Source: a virus
DNA length: 64,000 nucleotides
Direction: 5' to 3' (one strand)
IMG/VR virus record: IMGVR_UViG_3300028025_002789
Span: 33,729 to 97,728 of that record
Below are positions 31,786 to 41,315 of the stretch, piece after piece (the first letter of the stretch is position 1; the number at the start of each line of letters is the position of its first letter). The position numbers were made by a program, and so were the translations under genes. The notes under the pieces were generated by a model. It was given only the letters and a program-made list of their open reading frames with translations, had not been told where the DNA came from and ran no database searches.

Positions 31786-34700
31786 GTGTCATTCACACAT
31801 TTGCATGTTCATTCATACTATTCATTGATGGATGGCCTTAACTCCCCTGCCGAACTTGTAAAGGCAGCAAAGGATGCTGGTCAAACAGCATTGGCAATTA
31901 CAGATCATGGAACATTGTCATCACACCGTGAAATGCAGATTGCCTGTAAAGATCAAGGCATTAAGCCAATACTTGGAGTAGAAGCGTACATATCTCCCAC
32001 AGATAGATTTGATCGCTCCTCTAAAACAGATAAGTCAATTCAGGCATACAATCACATTATTCTACTAGCAAAAAATAAAAATGGCTTAGAAAATATTAAT
32101 ACCCTTCAAGAGCTTGCCTGGAACGAGGGTTTCTATCATAAGCCACGTATTGATAGAGAGATTTTATTTCAGTACAAAGAAGGTATAATTGTTTTATCTG
32201 GATGCCTCAATGGATTAATAAGTAAGGCTATAGATAAAAAAGAATTCAGCGAAGCCAAAATGATGCTTAGCGCTTTTAAAAAAGAATTCGGTGGAGACTT
32301 TTACGTAGAGGTCCAGTCTCATAACCCAGAAGAAATTAATAACAAACTGCTAGAACTTGCCGATGAGCTTAAAATTAAAGCGGTGGCAACTGGAGATGCA
32401 CATTTTGCTAAAGAAGAAGATCGTGTATTAGAAGAGGCAATGCTCATCCTATCAACATCTCCTAAGTCAGATAAAGAAGCAGACTTTGATATGTCTAGGA
32501 ATATGAATAATATGCTAGATAGATTTAACTATCTATATCCTGATAGGAAAATATCATTTCAGAACTATAATTTATTCATTCAGTCTCGTGATGAATTACA
32601 GGCAGACTTTAATAAATCTAATATAGTTAGAACAGATATATATGATAATACTATGGAGATAGCAGATAAAGTCTCAGAATATGACTTCTACCAGGGTCTA
32701 GATCTTCTCCCAGTACCTAAGACAAATGCGGACGATAAGCTGTCTCAAATGGCCTTTAAAGGCCTAGAAAGGCTAAACCTATCAGAAGACACGGTCTATG
32801 TAGATAGGCTAAATGAAGAGTTATCTGTTATTAAAGATAAAGCCTTTGCATCATATTTCTTAGTTGTAGCAGACATGATTAACTGGGCCAAAGAGAATAA
32901 TATTATGGTTGGTCCTGGTCGTGGGTCTGCCGCTGGTTCGTTAGTTTGTTATTCGCTAGGAATCACAGACGTTGATCCAATTGAATATGACCTTCTGTTT
33001 TTTAGATTTATTAATCCAGAGCGTAATGACTTTCCAGATATTGATACAGACTTTGAAGACAGACGTCGTAAAGAAGTTAAGGACTATCTAAAGAAAAAAT
33101 TTAAACACGTTGCATCTATTTCTACCTATACCTATTTTAAAGATAAAGGTGTTATCCGAGATGCTGCTCGTGTATTTATGGTTCCACTTCAAGATGTTAA
33201 CCGTGCATTAAAATCCGTAGACACGTTTGAAGATTATATTGATTCACCTAATACAAAAGAATTTAGAATGAAATATCCAGAAGTCACATGGCTTGCTGAA
33301 AGACTAAGAGGAAAAATTAGAAGCGTTGGAGTTCATGCTGCAGGAGTTGTTGTAGCAAAAGATGACATAAGAAAGTTTGCTCCAATAGAGTCTAGAGAAG
33401 ATGCACAGGACAAGGTATCTGGAAGAATTCCAGTCGTTGCATACGATATGGATACGGTTGCAGATGTGGGTCTTATTAAACTAGATGCACTGGGACTTAA
33501 GACCCTTTCTGTAATTTCAGACACACTAAAATCAATTAAAGATCGTACTGGTAAAGAGATCAATCTTTCAGAACTTACTTTAGATGATAAAGAAGTATAT
33601 AAAGTTTTAAGCGAAGGATATACAAAAGGAGTATTTCAAGCTGAAGCAACACCGTATACTAATCTATTGATGAAGATGGGCGTAGACAAGTTTGAAGATT
33701 TAGCAGCGTCCAATGCTTTGGTTAGACCAGGTGCAATGAATACTGTTGGTGCCTCTTATATTAATCGTAAGCACGGCAAGGAAGCAGTTGAGTATACTCA
33801 TTCTATAATGCAACCATTTACTGAAAACACATATGGTGTTATTATATATCAGGAACAGGTTATGCAGGCTTGCGTACACCTAGGAGGAATGTCTTGGTCA
33901 GAGGCTGATAAGGTCCGCAAGATTATTGGAAAGAAGAAAGATGCAAAAGAATTCGACCAGTTCAAGGATCAGTTTGTTAACGGGGCTTCAAAACACATTT
34001 CTAAGAAAAAGGCCGAAGCTCTTTGGCACAATTTTGAAGCTCATGCTGGTTACTCTTTTAATCGCTCCCATGCTGTTGCTTATTCTATGCTCAGCTATTA
34101 TACAGCTTGGCTTAAAAAGTATTACCCGCTTGAGTTTATGTTTTCAATCCTTAAAAACGAAAATGACAAAGACGCAAGAACCGAATATTTAATTGAAGCA
34201 AAGAGGCTCGGACTCAAAGTATTATTGCCTCACATTAATGAGTCACAAATGTATTTTTCATTACAAGGTGATGCAATTAGATTTGGCCTTGCAGAAGTTA
34301 AGTTCATATCAGACAGTATTGCAAATAAAATTATGGAGAAGAGACCTTATGAAAACTACAAAGACTTTATTGAAAAAGCTTCGAAGAAAGGTAGTGGTAT
34401 TAATAGTAGGGCTGTATCTGCTCTTAATGCTATTGGCGGTGCTGCTTTCGATGACAATGAACGCAGTGGTAAGGAAAAAGAAAATTACTACGAATTCTTA
34501 GGAATACCTACCTTTAATTTAGATCTACCACCTAGAATTAAATCACAGGCTAGACCGATATCAGAGTTTGATGACCTAGGATCATTTGTTATGTTTGGAA
34601 TGGTTAAGTCTATTAAAAGAGGAACTGGTTGGGCAAGAGTTGAATTAGTTGATGAGACTGGATCAATCGGCTTGTTCCATAATGAGCAAACGCAAATAGA

Positions 34701-35052
34701 AACAAATCAGATGTACTTTATCCTTGTAGGAGACAATAGAATTGCCAGATATATCAAGGTAAGCGATATAGATCCAACAGGATCAGACCTCTTTGTAGAC
34801 TACCTATATAGAAAAGAATATGATATAAATGAAGATGAATTTATGGTTCTTAACTTTACCCCATATAAAACAAAGGCTGGTAAAACAATGGCCCATATTG
34901 TTATGACCAATAAGAATAAAGAGTTAACTAGAGTAATTGTTTTCTCTACAATGTATCACAAAGCTTTAGCAAAAATGCGTGAAGGAATGAAATGTAATGT
35001 CGTTCTATCTAAACTAGATGATGGAACTCTAATGGTTAAGGAAGTTAAATGA
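31786..35052 (+). CDS. dnaE: DNA polymerase III alpha subunit
   Basis: PHP domain (HLHVHS, TDHG), GPGRGSAAGS, PDIDTD, HAAGVV, YSFNRSH. Confidence 0.97.
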   Translation: MSFTHLHVHSYYSLMDGLNSPAELVKAAKDAGQTALAITDHGTLSSHREMQIACKDQGIKPILGVEAYISPTDRFDRSSKTDKSIQAYNHIILLAKNKNGLENINTLQELAWNEGFYHKPRIDREILFQYKEGIIVLSGCLNGLISKAIDKKEFSEAKMMLSAFKKEFGGDFYVEVQSHNPEEINNKLLELADELKIKAVATGDAHFAKEEDRVLEEAMLILSTSPKSDKEADFDMSRNMNNMLDRFNYLYPDRKISFQNYNLFIQSRDELQADFNKSNIVRTDIYDNTMEIADKVSEYDFYQGLDLLPVPKTNADDKLSQMAFKGLERLNLSEDTVYVDRLNEELSVIKDKAFASYFLVVADMINWAKENNIMVGPGRGSAAGSLVCYSLGITDVDPIEYDLLFFRFINPERNDFPDIDTDFEDRRRKEVKDYLKKKFKHVASISTYTYFKDKGVIRDAARVFMVPLQDVNRALKSVDTFEDYIDSPNTKEFRMKYPEVTWLAERLRGKIRSVGVHAAGVVVAKDDIRKFAPIESREDAQDKVSGRIPVVAYDMDTVADVGLIKLDALGLKTLSVISDTLKSIKDRTGKEINLSELTLDDKEVYKVLSEGYTKGVFQAEATPYTNLLMKMGVDKFEDLAASNALVRPGAMNTVGASYINRKHGKEAVEYTHSIMQPFTENTYGVIIYQEQVMQACVHLGGMSWSEADKVRKIIGKKKDAKEFDQFKDQFVNGASKHISKKKAEALWHNFEAHAGYSFNRSHAVAYSMLSYYTAWLKKYYPLEFMFSILKNENDKDARTEYLIEAKRLGLKVLLPHINESQMYFSLQGDAIRFGLAEVKFISDSIANKIMEKRPYENYKDFIEKASKKGSGINSRAVSALNAIGGAAFDDNERSGKEKENYYEFLGIPTFNLDLPPRIKSQARPISEFDDLGSFVMFGMVKSIKRGTGWARVELVDETGSIGLFHNEQTQIETNQMYFILVGDNRIARYIKVSDIDPTGSDLFVDYLYRKEYDINEDEFMVLNFTPYKTKAGKTMAHIVMTNKNKELTRVIVFSTMYHKALAKMREGMKCNVVLSKLDDGTLMVKEVK

Positions 35053-35252
35053 CAGACGATATTGAAGGCTTGGTTACATCAATTAGTATAAACCAGGTTT
35101 TGGTTGCAATATTAGAAGAACACGGAAAACTAACTGTTCCAACTTTAAAATTTTTAGAGTCCAGTGCAGCAGAAAAAGAATTGGTAATTGATTATGATGA
35201 GACAATCCCATCATTTACATTTAGCTTAAGGGAAAAAGATGGAAACGAGTAA
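35049..35252 (+). CDS. Hypothetical protein
   Basis: Coupled ORF. Confidence 0.7.
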   Translation: MTDDIEGLVTSISINQVLVAILEEHGKLTVPTLKFLESSAAEKELVIDYDETIPSFTFSLREKDGNE

Positions 35253-35586
35253 AGTTTTATATGATTATGGCCTAGACGCATTAGCGGCATTGCTGCATGA
35301 AACAGCAAAAGAAAAAGGGTTTTGGGATGGAGACTATAGCCACGATAAAGTTGGGAATAAGCTGGCACTAGTTCATTCAGAAGTTACAGAGGTATTAGAG
35401 TCAATTAGAAAAAATAAAGGATCTGAGCATATAGTAGAAGAAATGGCTGACGTTATAATCAGACTTTTGGATGTATACGCTGCAATGAGAAATGAAGAGC
35501 AAGTAATGCACAGCCTAGATGAAGTATTAGAAAGTAAAATTAATATAAATAAAGAGAGACCTAGACTTCACGGGAACTTATTTTAA
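35239..35586 (+). CDS. MazG-like nucleotide pyrophosphohydrolase
   Basis: LALVHSEVTEVLE...EEMADVIIRLLD...K...N..R. Confidence 0.85.
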   Translation: METSKVLYDYGLDALAALLHETAKEKGFWDGDYSHDKVGNKLALVHSEVTEVLESIRKNKGSEHIVEEMADVIIRLLDVYAAMRNEEQVMHSLDEVLESKININKERPRLHGNLF

Positions 35587-35620
35587 TGCTATACTGTAAA
35601 CATAGAAGAAAGAGTAATTA

Positions 35621-36625
35621 ATGACACTAATAATGGATGACATACTAGCAAAGCTAGATCCGAAAACAAGAGCAAGAGTTCAATCAGCACAACATATAAA
35701 AATTGATAAACAAGAAACCCCAAGCATAGGTTTGAATACAGCGCTTAAGGGTGGACTTCCATATGGAAGACAGGTTCTTGTGTGGGGAAATAAGTCTGCT
35801 GGTAAGTCATCTTTTTGTTTACAGATGATTGCGTTGGCTCAAAAAGAAGGAAAGACATGTGCCTGGATTGATGCTGAAGCATCTTACGATCCAGCATGGG
35901 CCCAACAATTAGGCGTAGATTCAGAAAAATTAATTTACTCTACAGCTAAAACAGTAAATGATATGGTTGATGTTGGAACAAAACTTATGGACGCTGGAGT
36001 TGACTTGATTGTAGTTGATTCTATTTCTGCTTTACTTCCAGCAATCTATTTTGAAAAAGATGGAAATGAAATGAAGGATTTGCAAGACACTAAGCAAATC
36101 GGCGCTGAAGCAAAGGATATGACCCACGCAGTCAAAATGTTAAACTATGCAAACAAAAACACACTACTTGTTCTCATCTCACAACAACGAAATCAGTTTG
36201 GATCTATGCATGCTTCGCATATCCCCACAGGTGGAATGGCAGTCAAGTTCTTTAGCACCACTGTCATTAAACTTTGGTCTTCTGAAGCTGAGGCTAATGC
36301 TATTAAAGCTGGTATTAAAGTTGGCGACAAGATTATCGAACAAAGAGTCGGAAGACCAGTTAATTGGATTATTGATTACAGCAAAGTCTCACCCCCAAAT
36401 TTATCGGGACAGTATGACTTTTACTACCAAGGGGATTCTCTCGGTGTAGATAGAGTAGGAGAAACTTTAGATGTTGCAGAAATGTTCGGAGTCGTGGAAA
36501 AAGGTGGTGCTTGGTACACGGTCAATGGCGAAAGACTACAAGGTAGAGCAAAAGCAGTGCAGTACCTTCGTGATAATCCAAAAGTTGTAGAAAAACTAAT
36601 TGAGGAAATTAATGCCAAATCTTGA
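35621..36625 (+). CDS. recA: RecA/UvsX-like recombinase
   Basis: GGLPYGR, GNKSAGKS, IDAE, VVDSI, TGG.A.KF, GAWY. Confidence 0.93.
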   Translation: MTLIMDDILAKLDPKTRARVQSAQHIKIDKQETPSIGLNTALKGGLPYGRQVLVWGNKSAGKSSFCLQMIALAQKEGKTCAWIDAEASYDPAWAQQLGVDSEKLIYSTAKTVNDMVDVGTKLMDAGVDLIVVDSISALLPAIYFEKDGNEMKDLQDTKQIGAEAKDMTHAVKMLNYANKNTLLVLISQQRNQFGSMHASHIPTGGMAVKFFSTTVIKLWSSEAEANAIKAGIKVGDKIIEQRVGRPVNWIIDYSKVSPPNLSGQYDFYYQGDSLGVDRVGETLDVAEMFGVVEKGGAWYTVNGERLQGRAKAVQYLRDNPKVVEKLIEEINAKS

Positions 36626-36803
36626 TGAATTTTTAAATGAAGATAAAGAAGAGATAAAGCACTACGACCTTGAAGATCTTCCTGGTGTTAGAGCCTGCTC
36701 AAAGTGTGATGAAGATGTTAGCGGTGCAAAGTGGGACCCTATAGATTTAGTTATGTCATGGAGATGCTCCAAAGGACATGAAACAATTTTTAAGGTTCAG
36801 TAA
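36612..36803 (+). CDS. Small zinc-binding protein
   Basis: CSKC...C..GH. Confidence 0.65.
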   Translation: MPNLDEFLNEDKEEIKHYDLEDLPGVRACSKCDEDVSGAKWDPIDLVMSWRCSKGHETIFKVQ

Positions 36804-37108
36804 TGTCAGAAAGATCTGAAGTAAAAAGAGATGGCGCAAAAGCTCAAAAAAATTCAGGGCGTGGTGACTATCAAAAGGGTGATGCAAAATGGAAACAGTT
36901 TGTAGTAGATTATAAGGAAGCATCTTCATCGTTTACATTAAACAAACCAGTATGGTCTAAAATCTGTACTGATACATTTAAAGTAAATAGAGATATGTAT
37001 CCAGCATTAAAGATTATTATTGGTACGGATTCCAAGGTTAGACTTGGTATCATTGAGTGGGCAGTACTAGAAGAACTGATCCAGTTTTGGGAGGACAACA
37101 ATGATTAG
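36803..37108 (+). CDS. PD-(D/E)XK Holliday junction resolvase-like protein
   Basis: E....G....NSG....KGD....VDYK...SFTL. Confidence 0.75.
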   Translation: MSERSEVKRDGAKAQKNSGRGDYQKGDAKWKQFVVDYKEASSSFTLNKPVWSKICTDTFKVNRDMYPALKIIIGTDSKVRLGIIEWAVLEELIQFWEDNND

Positions 37109-37259
37109 AGAAGTTCTAATGACTACGGTTACTGGAATGGGAGTAGGAGCAGTATTTGCCTTATTTAAACTTCCAGTACCAGCACCACCAGTATTTGCTG
37201 GACTAATGGGAATATTTGGTTTATGGCTAGGTTATGGATTAGTTGGGAGATATTTATAA
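37101..37259 (+). CDS. XapX/DUF1427-like small membrane protein, 52 aa (not in ORF track)
   Basis: G..VGAVF...KLPVPAPP..AGLMGIFGLWLGY signature; SD GGAGG. Confidence 0.8.
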   Translation: MIREVLMTTVTGMGVGAVFALFKLPVPAPPVFAGLMGIFGLWLGYGLVGRYL

Positions 37260-37369
37260 TGTTACAGTTTTTCTGGGGAGTGCTAATAGGGTTTTCAATA
37301 GGATATCCAATGGGGCTATGGGCAATATGGTATACAAAGAAAGAGGTTCAAAAACATGTCAACCGATAA
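37259..37369 (+). CDS. Single-TM microprotein, 36 aa (not in ORF track)
   Basis: MLQFFWGVLIGFSIGYPMGLWAIWYTKK; TAATG coupling. Confidence 0.6.
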   Translation: MLQFFWGVLIGFSIGYPMGLWAIWYTKKEVQKHVNR

Positions 37370-37703
37370 AGTTGAATCTAAAAATACATTAGAGTTAATT
37401 AATTCAATTACAGAATTCAATGACCTACATGAGTTTATGCAGGACGAACATCTTGATAAAGCTCTTGCGGTAGTAGTTAAATTATTAATGAACCCAGATG
37501 TTCCTTCAGCAAAAGCCCCTCTTCTTATTATAGAGCTACAGGCAATGTCTACAAAGTTTGCAATGATGGCCTCTGTCTATTCAACCATTATGAAAGATAA
37601 AGCTGGATCAGTAAATAACAATAAAAAGAATATTTATTATTCAGCAAAAGAGTCCATAGACAAACTTGTAGATGCACTTAAGTATGTCGTAAGGTATAAC
37701 TAA
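37356..37703 (+). CDS. Hypothetical helical protein
   Basis: SD GAGG; coupled ORF. Confidence 0.7.
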   Translation: MSTDKVESKNTLELINSITEFNDLHEFMQDEHLDKALAVVVKLLMNPDVPSAKAPLLIIELQAMSTKFAMMASVYSTIMKDKAGSVNNNKKNIYYSAKESIDKLVDALKYVVRYN

Positions 37704-37918
37704 TGATAGAAACATATGACATGACATGCTTTGAATGTGGAGATGACCGTGAGTCTACTACATTTTATATGTATTATGAAATCGGTAGAGAGTATGAGCC
37801 TGGATGTTCTGGAAATGAAGATGTAAGTCTTTCTAATTTAAAGGATACAGATGATCTAGATATAAATTCTATATGCGAAGACTGTAAAAATGATTATATG
37901 GAGATCCTAAATGGCTAG
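37703..37918 (+). CDS. Small acidic CxxC protein
   Basis: CFEC...CEDC. Confidence 0.6.
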   Translation: MIETYDMTCFECGDDRESTTFYMYYEIGREYEPGCSGNEDVSLSNLKDTDDLDINSICEDCKNDYMEILNG

Positions 37919-38696
37919 AGAGATAGTAAAGAATCTTAAGTTTAAAAAGCATACTGGCAAGCACTTCGACCCAGAACTTTTTGCAACCTTACTAGATGAG
38001 TCATACCGCAATACAAAACGTGCTGATGGAGAAATGACTAAAAAATCATTCAGTCCAAGCAGTCTTGGATACGGACATGGAACATGTCCTAGATATTGGT
38101 ATATGGCTTTTTCTGGAGCAATGTTTATTGATGATAATGATGCAGTAGCAGTTGCTAATATGGCACAGGGAACTCAAGCCCATGAAAGACTTCAAAAATT
38201 AATAGCTACTATGCCAGAATTTAGAAGTGAAGAAGAAGAGATTGTGAATGATTATCCACCTATTAGAGGCTTTATAGATTTAATTATGGAATATGATAAC
38301 GAAACTGTGATCGGTGAAATTAAAACAGCCAAGCAGGAAGTCTGGGATGCAAGACAATCTGAAATGAAACCTACTGCTAACCATTTACTTCAACTGCTTA
38401 CATATATGAAACTTAAAAAAGCTAAAGAGGGATTCTTCCTTTATGAAAATAAAAATACTCAAGAGCTAATAGTAATTCCAGTATCTATGAATGAAAAGAA
38501 TACTGAGATTATTGAAGAAGCATTTTTATGGATGGCAGAAGTATGGGATAACTTTAAAGATGGTGACCTCCCAATGAAACCAGTAGGTGCTACTAAATCA
38601 AAGATGCCATGTACATACTGTCCTATTAAAAAGGAATGTTACTCTGGTCTTGTTGGTACAGTACAAATAGAGTCGTATAAGGTTCCCAAACTATGA
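37911..38696 (+). CDS. Cas4-like PD-(D/E)XK exonuclease
   Basis: CPR, GT..H, G.ID, EIKT, QL..Y, C..CP....C Fe-S cysteines. Confidence 0.88.
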   Translation: MAREIVKNLKFKKHTGKHFDPELFATLLDESYRNTKRADGEMTKKSFSPSSLGYGHGTCPRYWYMAFSGAMFIDDNDAVAVANMAQGTQAHERLQKLIATMPEFRSEEEEIVNDYPPIRGFIDLIMEYDNETVIGEIKTAKQEVWDARQSEMKPTANHLLQLLTYMKLKKAKEGFFLYENKNTQELIVIPVSMNEKNTEIIEEAFLWMAEVWDNFKDGDLPMKPVGATKSKMPCTYCPIKKECYSGLVGTVQIESYKVPKL

Positions 38697-38971
38697 TTTG
38701 TGGCAATAAAGAATGCGCTAAGGACTTCGAGGCTAAGACCCATAATCAAAAATACTGTTCAGACGAGTGTTGCAGAATTGCAACCAATAGAAGAATTATG
38801 GAAAAGTATTATGAAAAGAAGGCTATTAGAAGTGGTGCACACAGGAATTGTAAAAAATGTAATATTAAATTAAGCAGATATAATCAGAAGGATGTCTGCG
38901 CTACATGTGAAAAGAATATAGGCGCTGCTAATAAAAAATCGTTATGGAACATTTTAAATGAAATTGGGTGA
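38693..38971 (+). CDS. Cys-rich zinc-finger protein
   Basis: C...C...F......KYCS..C plus CxxC pairs. Confidence 0.7.
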   Translation: MICGNKECAKDFEAKTHNQKYCSDECCRIATNRRIMEKYYEKKAIRSGAHRNCKKCNIKLSRYNQKDVCATCEKNIGAANKKSLWNILNEIG

Positions 38972-39524
38972 GCTTATTAAAATAAAAGCTAATAGAGTTT
39001 TAGGCATAGACGCCTCAACAAACTCAGTGGCTTTTTGCTTGATGGAAAATGATCAACCTTTAAAGTGGGGCAAGATAGAGTTCGAAGGATCAGATATATA
39101 CGATAAGATATTAGACGCCAAAAATAAAGTTCATGGAATGCTGGAAGAGTTAAAATCTGACTACATAGTTGTAGAAGGAGCTGTTTTTGTTAAGTCTCCA
39201 GATGCAGTAATTAAACTGTCTTACGTATATGGTGTTGTTATTGCAGAGTTAATGTCCACTGGAGCAAAGGTAGTTACAATATCTCCTACTTCTTGGCAGG
39301 CGTATATTGGAAACAAGAATCCAACAAAAGATGAAAAAGAAGGAATCAGGGCAAAAAATCCAGGATATGCTGACTCATGGTATAAGAACCAATTACGTAA
39401 TATGAGAAAACAAAGAACTGTAGAATACTTTAATCAAAAATATAATCTTACATTAACAGACTTTGATGTTGCTGATGCATTTGGCATAGCACATTATTCA
39501 AATCGGATACTTACAGAGCGATGA
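38958..39524 (+). CDS. ruvC: RuvC-like Holliday junction resolvase
   Basis: VLGIDAS, VVEG, P..W, D.ADAFGIA. Confidence 0.82.
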   Translation: MKLGELIKIKANRVLGIDASTNSVAFCLMENDQPLKWGKIEFEGSDIYDKILDAKNKVHGMLEELKSDYIVVEGAVFVKSPDAVIKLSYVYGVVIAELMSTGAKVVTISPTSWQAYIGNKNPTKDEKEGIRAKNPGYADSWYKNQLRNMRKQRTVEYFNQKYNLTLTDFDVADAFGIAHYSNRILTER

Positions 39525-39667
39525 AACTATATCAAAGCAAGGACTGGCTTCATAGAAGATATGTTGTTCAAAAGAAAACAGTAACAGAGATAGCTAAAGA
39601 ATGTAATGTTTCTGCAATGACTATACAGAGATATTTAGAGCAGTTTGGACTAATTAAAAAACGATGA
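39521..39667 (+). CDS. Small HTH protein, 48 aa (not in ORF track)
   Basis: WL.RRY..QKKTVTEIAKECNVSAMTIQRYLEQFGL; ATGA overlaps at both ends. Confidence 0.8.
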   Translation: MKLYQSKDWLHRRYVVQKKTVTEIAKECNVSAMTIQRYLEQFGLIKKR

Positions 39668-40413
39668 ATATTGAACCTAAAAATTTAACCTCTGTTACTT
39701 TTTCAAAAGTACTAGATTCTTTTTATGTATACACTGGAGACACAACTGATAGATATGTTCAAAAAAGCTGTATAGATCAGGGAGTCTGGGATAAAGAGTT
39801 AACTGAGTGGATGATTAAAAATATACAACCAGGATGGACATGCTTAGATATTGGGGCTAATGTATTTTACTTTACAGAAGTGATGGCAAGACTGGTCGGA
39901 AGCAATGGAAGCGTACTGTCATTTGAGCCAATAAAAAGACTATGCAAGTCTTATGAGTACGCTAGAACTTTAAATGAATATGACAATGCTGGAAAGATAG
40001 AGGTAATGCCGTTTGCCTTATCAGATAAGGAAGACAATTTAATATTAAATATTTGGGAAGAAAATATTGGCGGATCTGGAATAGTCCATGAGCATCAGAT
40101 AGGTAATCACGGTCAATATGGTAATTACTATACAGAAGAAATACAGGCAAAAAGATTAGACTCTGTGTATTCTGGTAAAGTTGATTTTATGAAAATAGAT
40201 GTAGAGGGCCACGAAAGATTTGTATTTGAGGGGTTCTCTCAAATGGCAAAGGATTGCCCATTAATTGTTGTTGAACTAGGCAGTGGACAGCCAGACGAGT
40301 TTTTGGTAGAATTAAATGATAAATATGATATGACATTTTTAAATGGGGAAGCGGCTTCATTTGAAAGAATAAAACAGCATGATGTAGTAAATGTCTTGCT
40401 TAGGAGACGATAA
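39664..40413 (+). CDS. FkbM-family SAM-dependent methyltransferase
   Basis: LDIGAN, SFEP, FALSD, RLD, MKIDVEGHE. Confidence 0.88.
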   Translation: MNIEPKNLTSVTFSKVLDSFYVYTGDTTDRYVQKSCIDQGVWDKELTEWMIKNIQPGWTCLDIGANVFYFTEVMARLVGSNGSVLSFEPIKRLCKSYEYARTLNEYDNAGKIEVMPFALSDKEDNLILNIWEENIGGSGIVHEHQIGNHGQYGNYYTEEIQAKRLDSVYSGKVDFMKIDVEGHERFVFEGFSQMAKDCPLIVVELGSGQPDEFLVELNDKYDMTFLNGEAASFERIKQHDVVNVLLRRR

Positions 40414-40748
40414 TGTTAAAGCCAGTATATGAAGATGTTTCACAGTTTAAGTGTAGTGACTTATATTTAAGATCAGTTGGGGCGCCAGCTGGCAATAAAA
40501 TTTGGGCAGCATGCCATGAAATTGCACACATGTTAATTGAAAAGAATATATCATATGGCAATTCAGCCCTAGAGCCAGCAAGAATATTTTCAACGGCGGA
40601 TTCGGCAGAACAATTAAAAGTTAGAATTGATGATAAGCTGAATAGAGTTAAAAACAATCAGGGTTTTGCTGGAGATAATGACATAGATGACCTAATTGGA
40701 TATCTAATGCTATTTAAAATATCTAATCAAAACGCTAAAACTAATTGA
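40413..40748 (+). CDS. Nucleotide-modification-associated (Nmad1/DUF1599-like) helical protein
   Basis: KN..YGNS...RIDDKLNR...D...DLIGY. Confidence 0.6.
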   Translation: MLKPVYEDVSQFKCSDLYLRSVGAPAGNKIWAACHEIAHMLIEKNISYGNSALEPARIFSTADSAEQLKVRIDDKLNRVKNNQGFAGDNDIDDLIGYLMLFKISNQNAKTN

Positions 40749-40773
40749 CTTTTCAGTCGACTAGAACTATAAT
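40745..40773 (+). promoter_or_regulatory. Promoter of terminase operon, leaderless
   Basis: TTGACT-N17-TATAAT; ATG 8 nt downstream. Confidence 0.75.
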
Positions 40774-40781
40774 AGATTAAT

Positions 40782-41315
40782 ATGGAACTAGAACTAGCAG
40801 ATCATTTTGATCGAATGAATAAAGTAGTCTCAGAACTACTAAAGGGAAACAACCCAACCCAAATATCGACAATTACTGGACTACAACGCAAAGACGTAGT
40901 TGAATTGATTGATGAATGGAAACAGGTAGTTCGCAATGATAACACTGCAAGAGAACGTGCTAAGGAAGCCATCAACGGGGCAGACCAACATTATGCAATG
41001 CTTATTAAAGAAGCTTGGAAAACAGTAGAAGATGCTGATCAGGCTGGCCAATTAAATGTTAAGGCAACAGCACTAAAGTTAATTGCAGACATTGAAGGAA
41101 AAAGAATTGGAATGCTTCAAGAAGTAGGACTGTTAGATAATGCAGAAATTGCATCACAGGTAGCAGAGTCTGAAAGAAAACAAGAAGTTTTAGTAAAAAT
41201 TTTAAAAGAAGTAACAGCGCAATGTCCAAAATGTAAGATGGAAGTTGCAAAAAGATTATCTCAGATCACTGGAGTCGTTGAGTCTATCGTAATTGAGGAC
41301 GCTGGTGGATCTTAA
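40782..41315 (+). CDS. Terminase small subunit (probable)
   Basis: N-terminal HTH plus helical body, directly upstream of the large subunit. Confidence 0.7.
   Translation: MELELADHFDRMNKVVSELLKGNNPTQISTITGLQRKDVVELIDEWKQVVRNDNTARERAKEAINGADQHYAMLIKEAWKTVEDADQAGQLNVKATALKLIADIEGKRIGMLQEVGLLDNAEIASQVAESERKQEVLVKILKEVTAQCPKCKMEVAKRLSQITGVVESIVIEDAGGS

Noticed and set aside
37911-38696. Cas4 as evidence of a CRISPR-Cas system
   Set aside because: No cas1/cas2 and no array; solo Cas4-like nucleases are routine in phage recombination modules.
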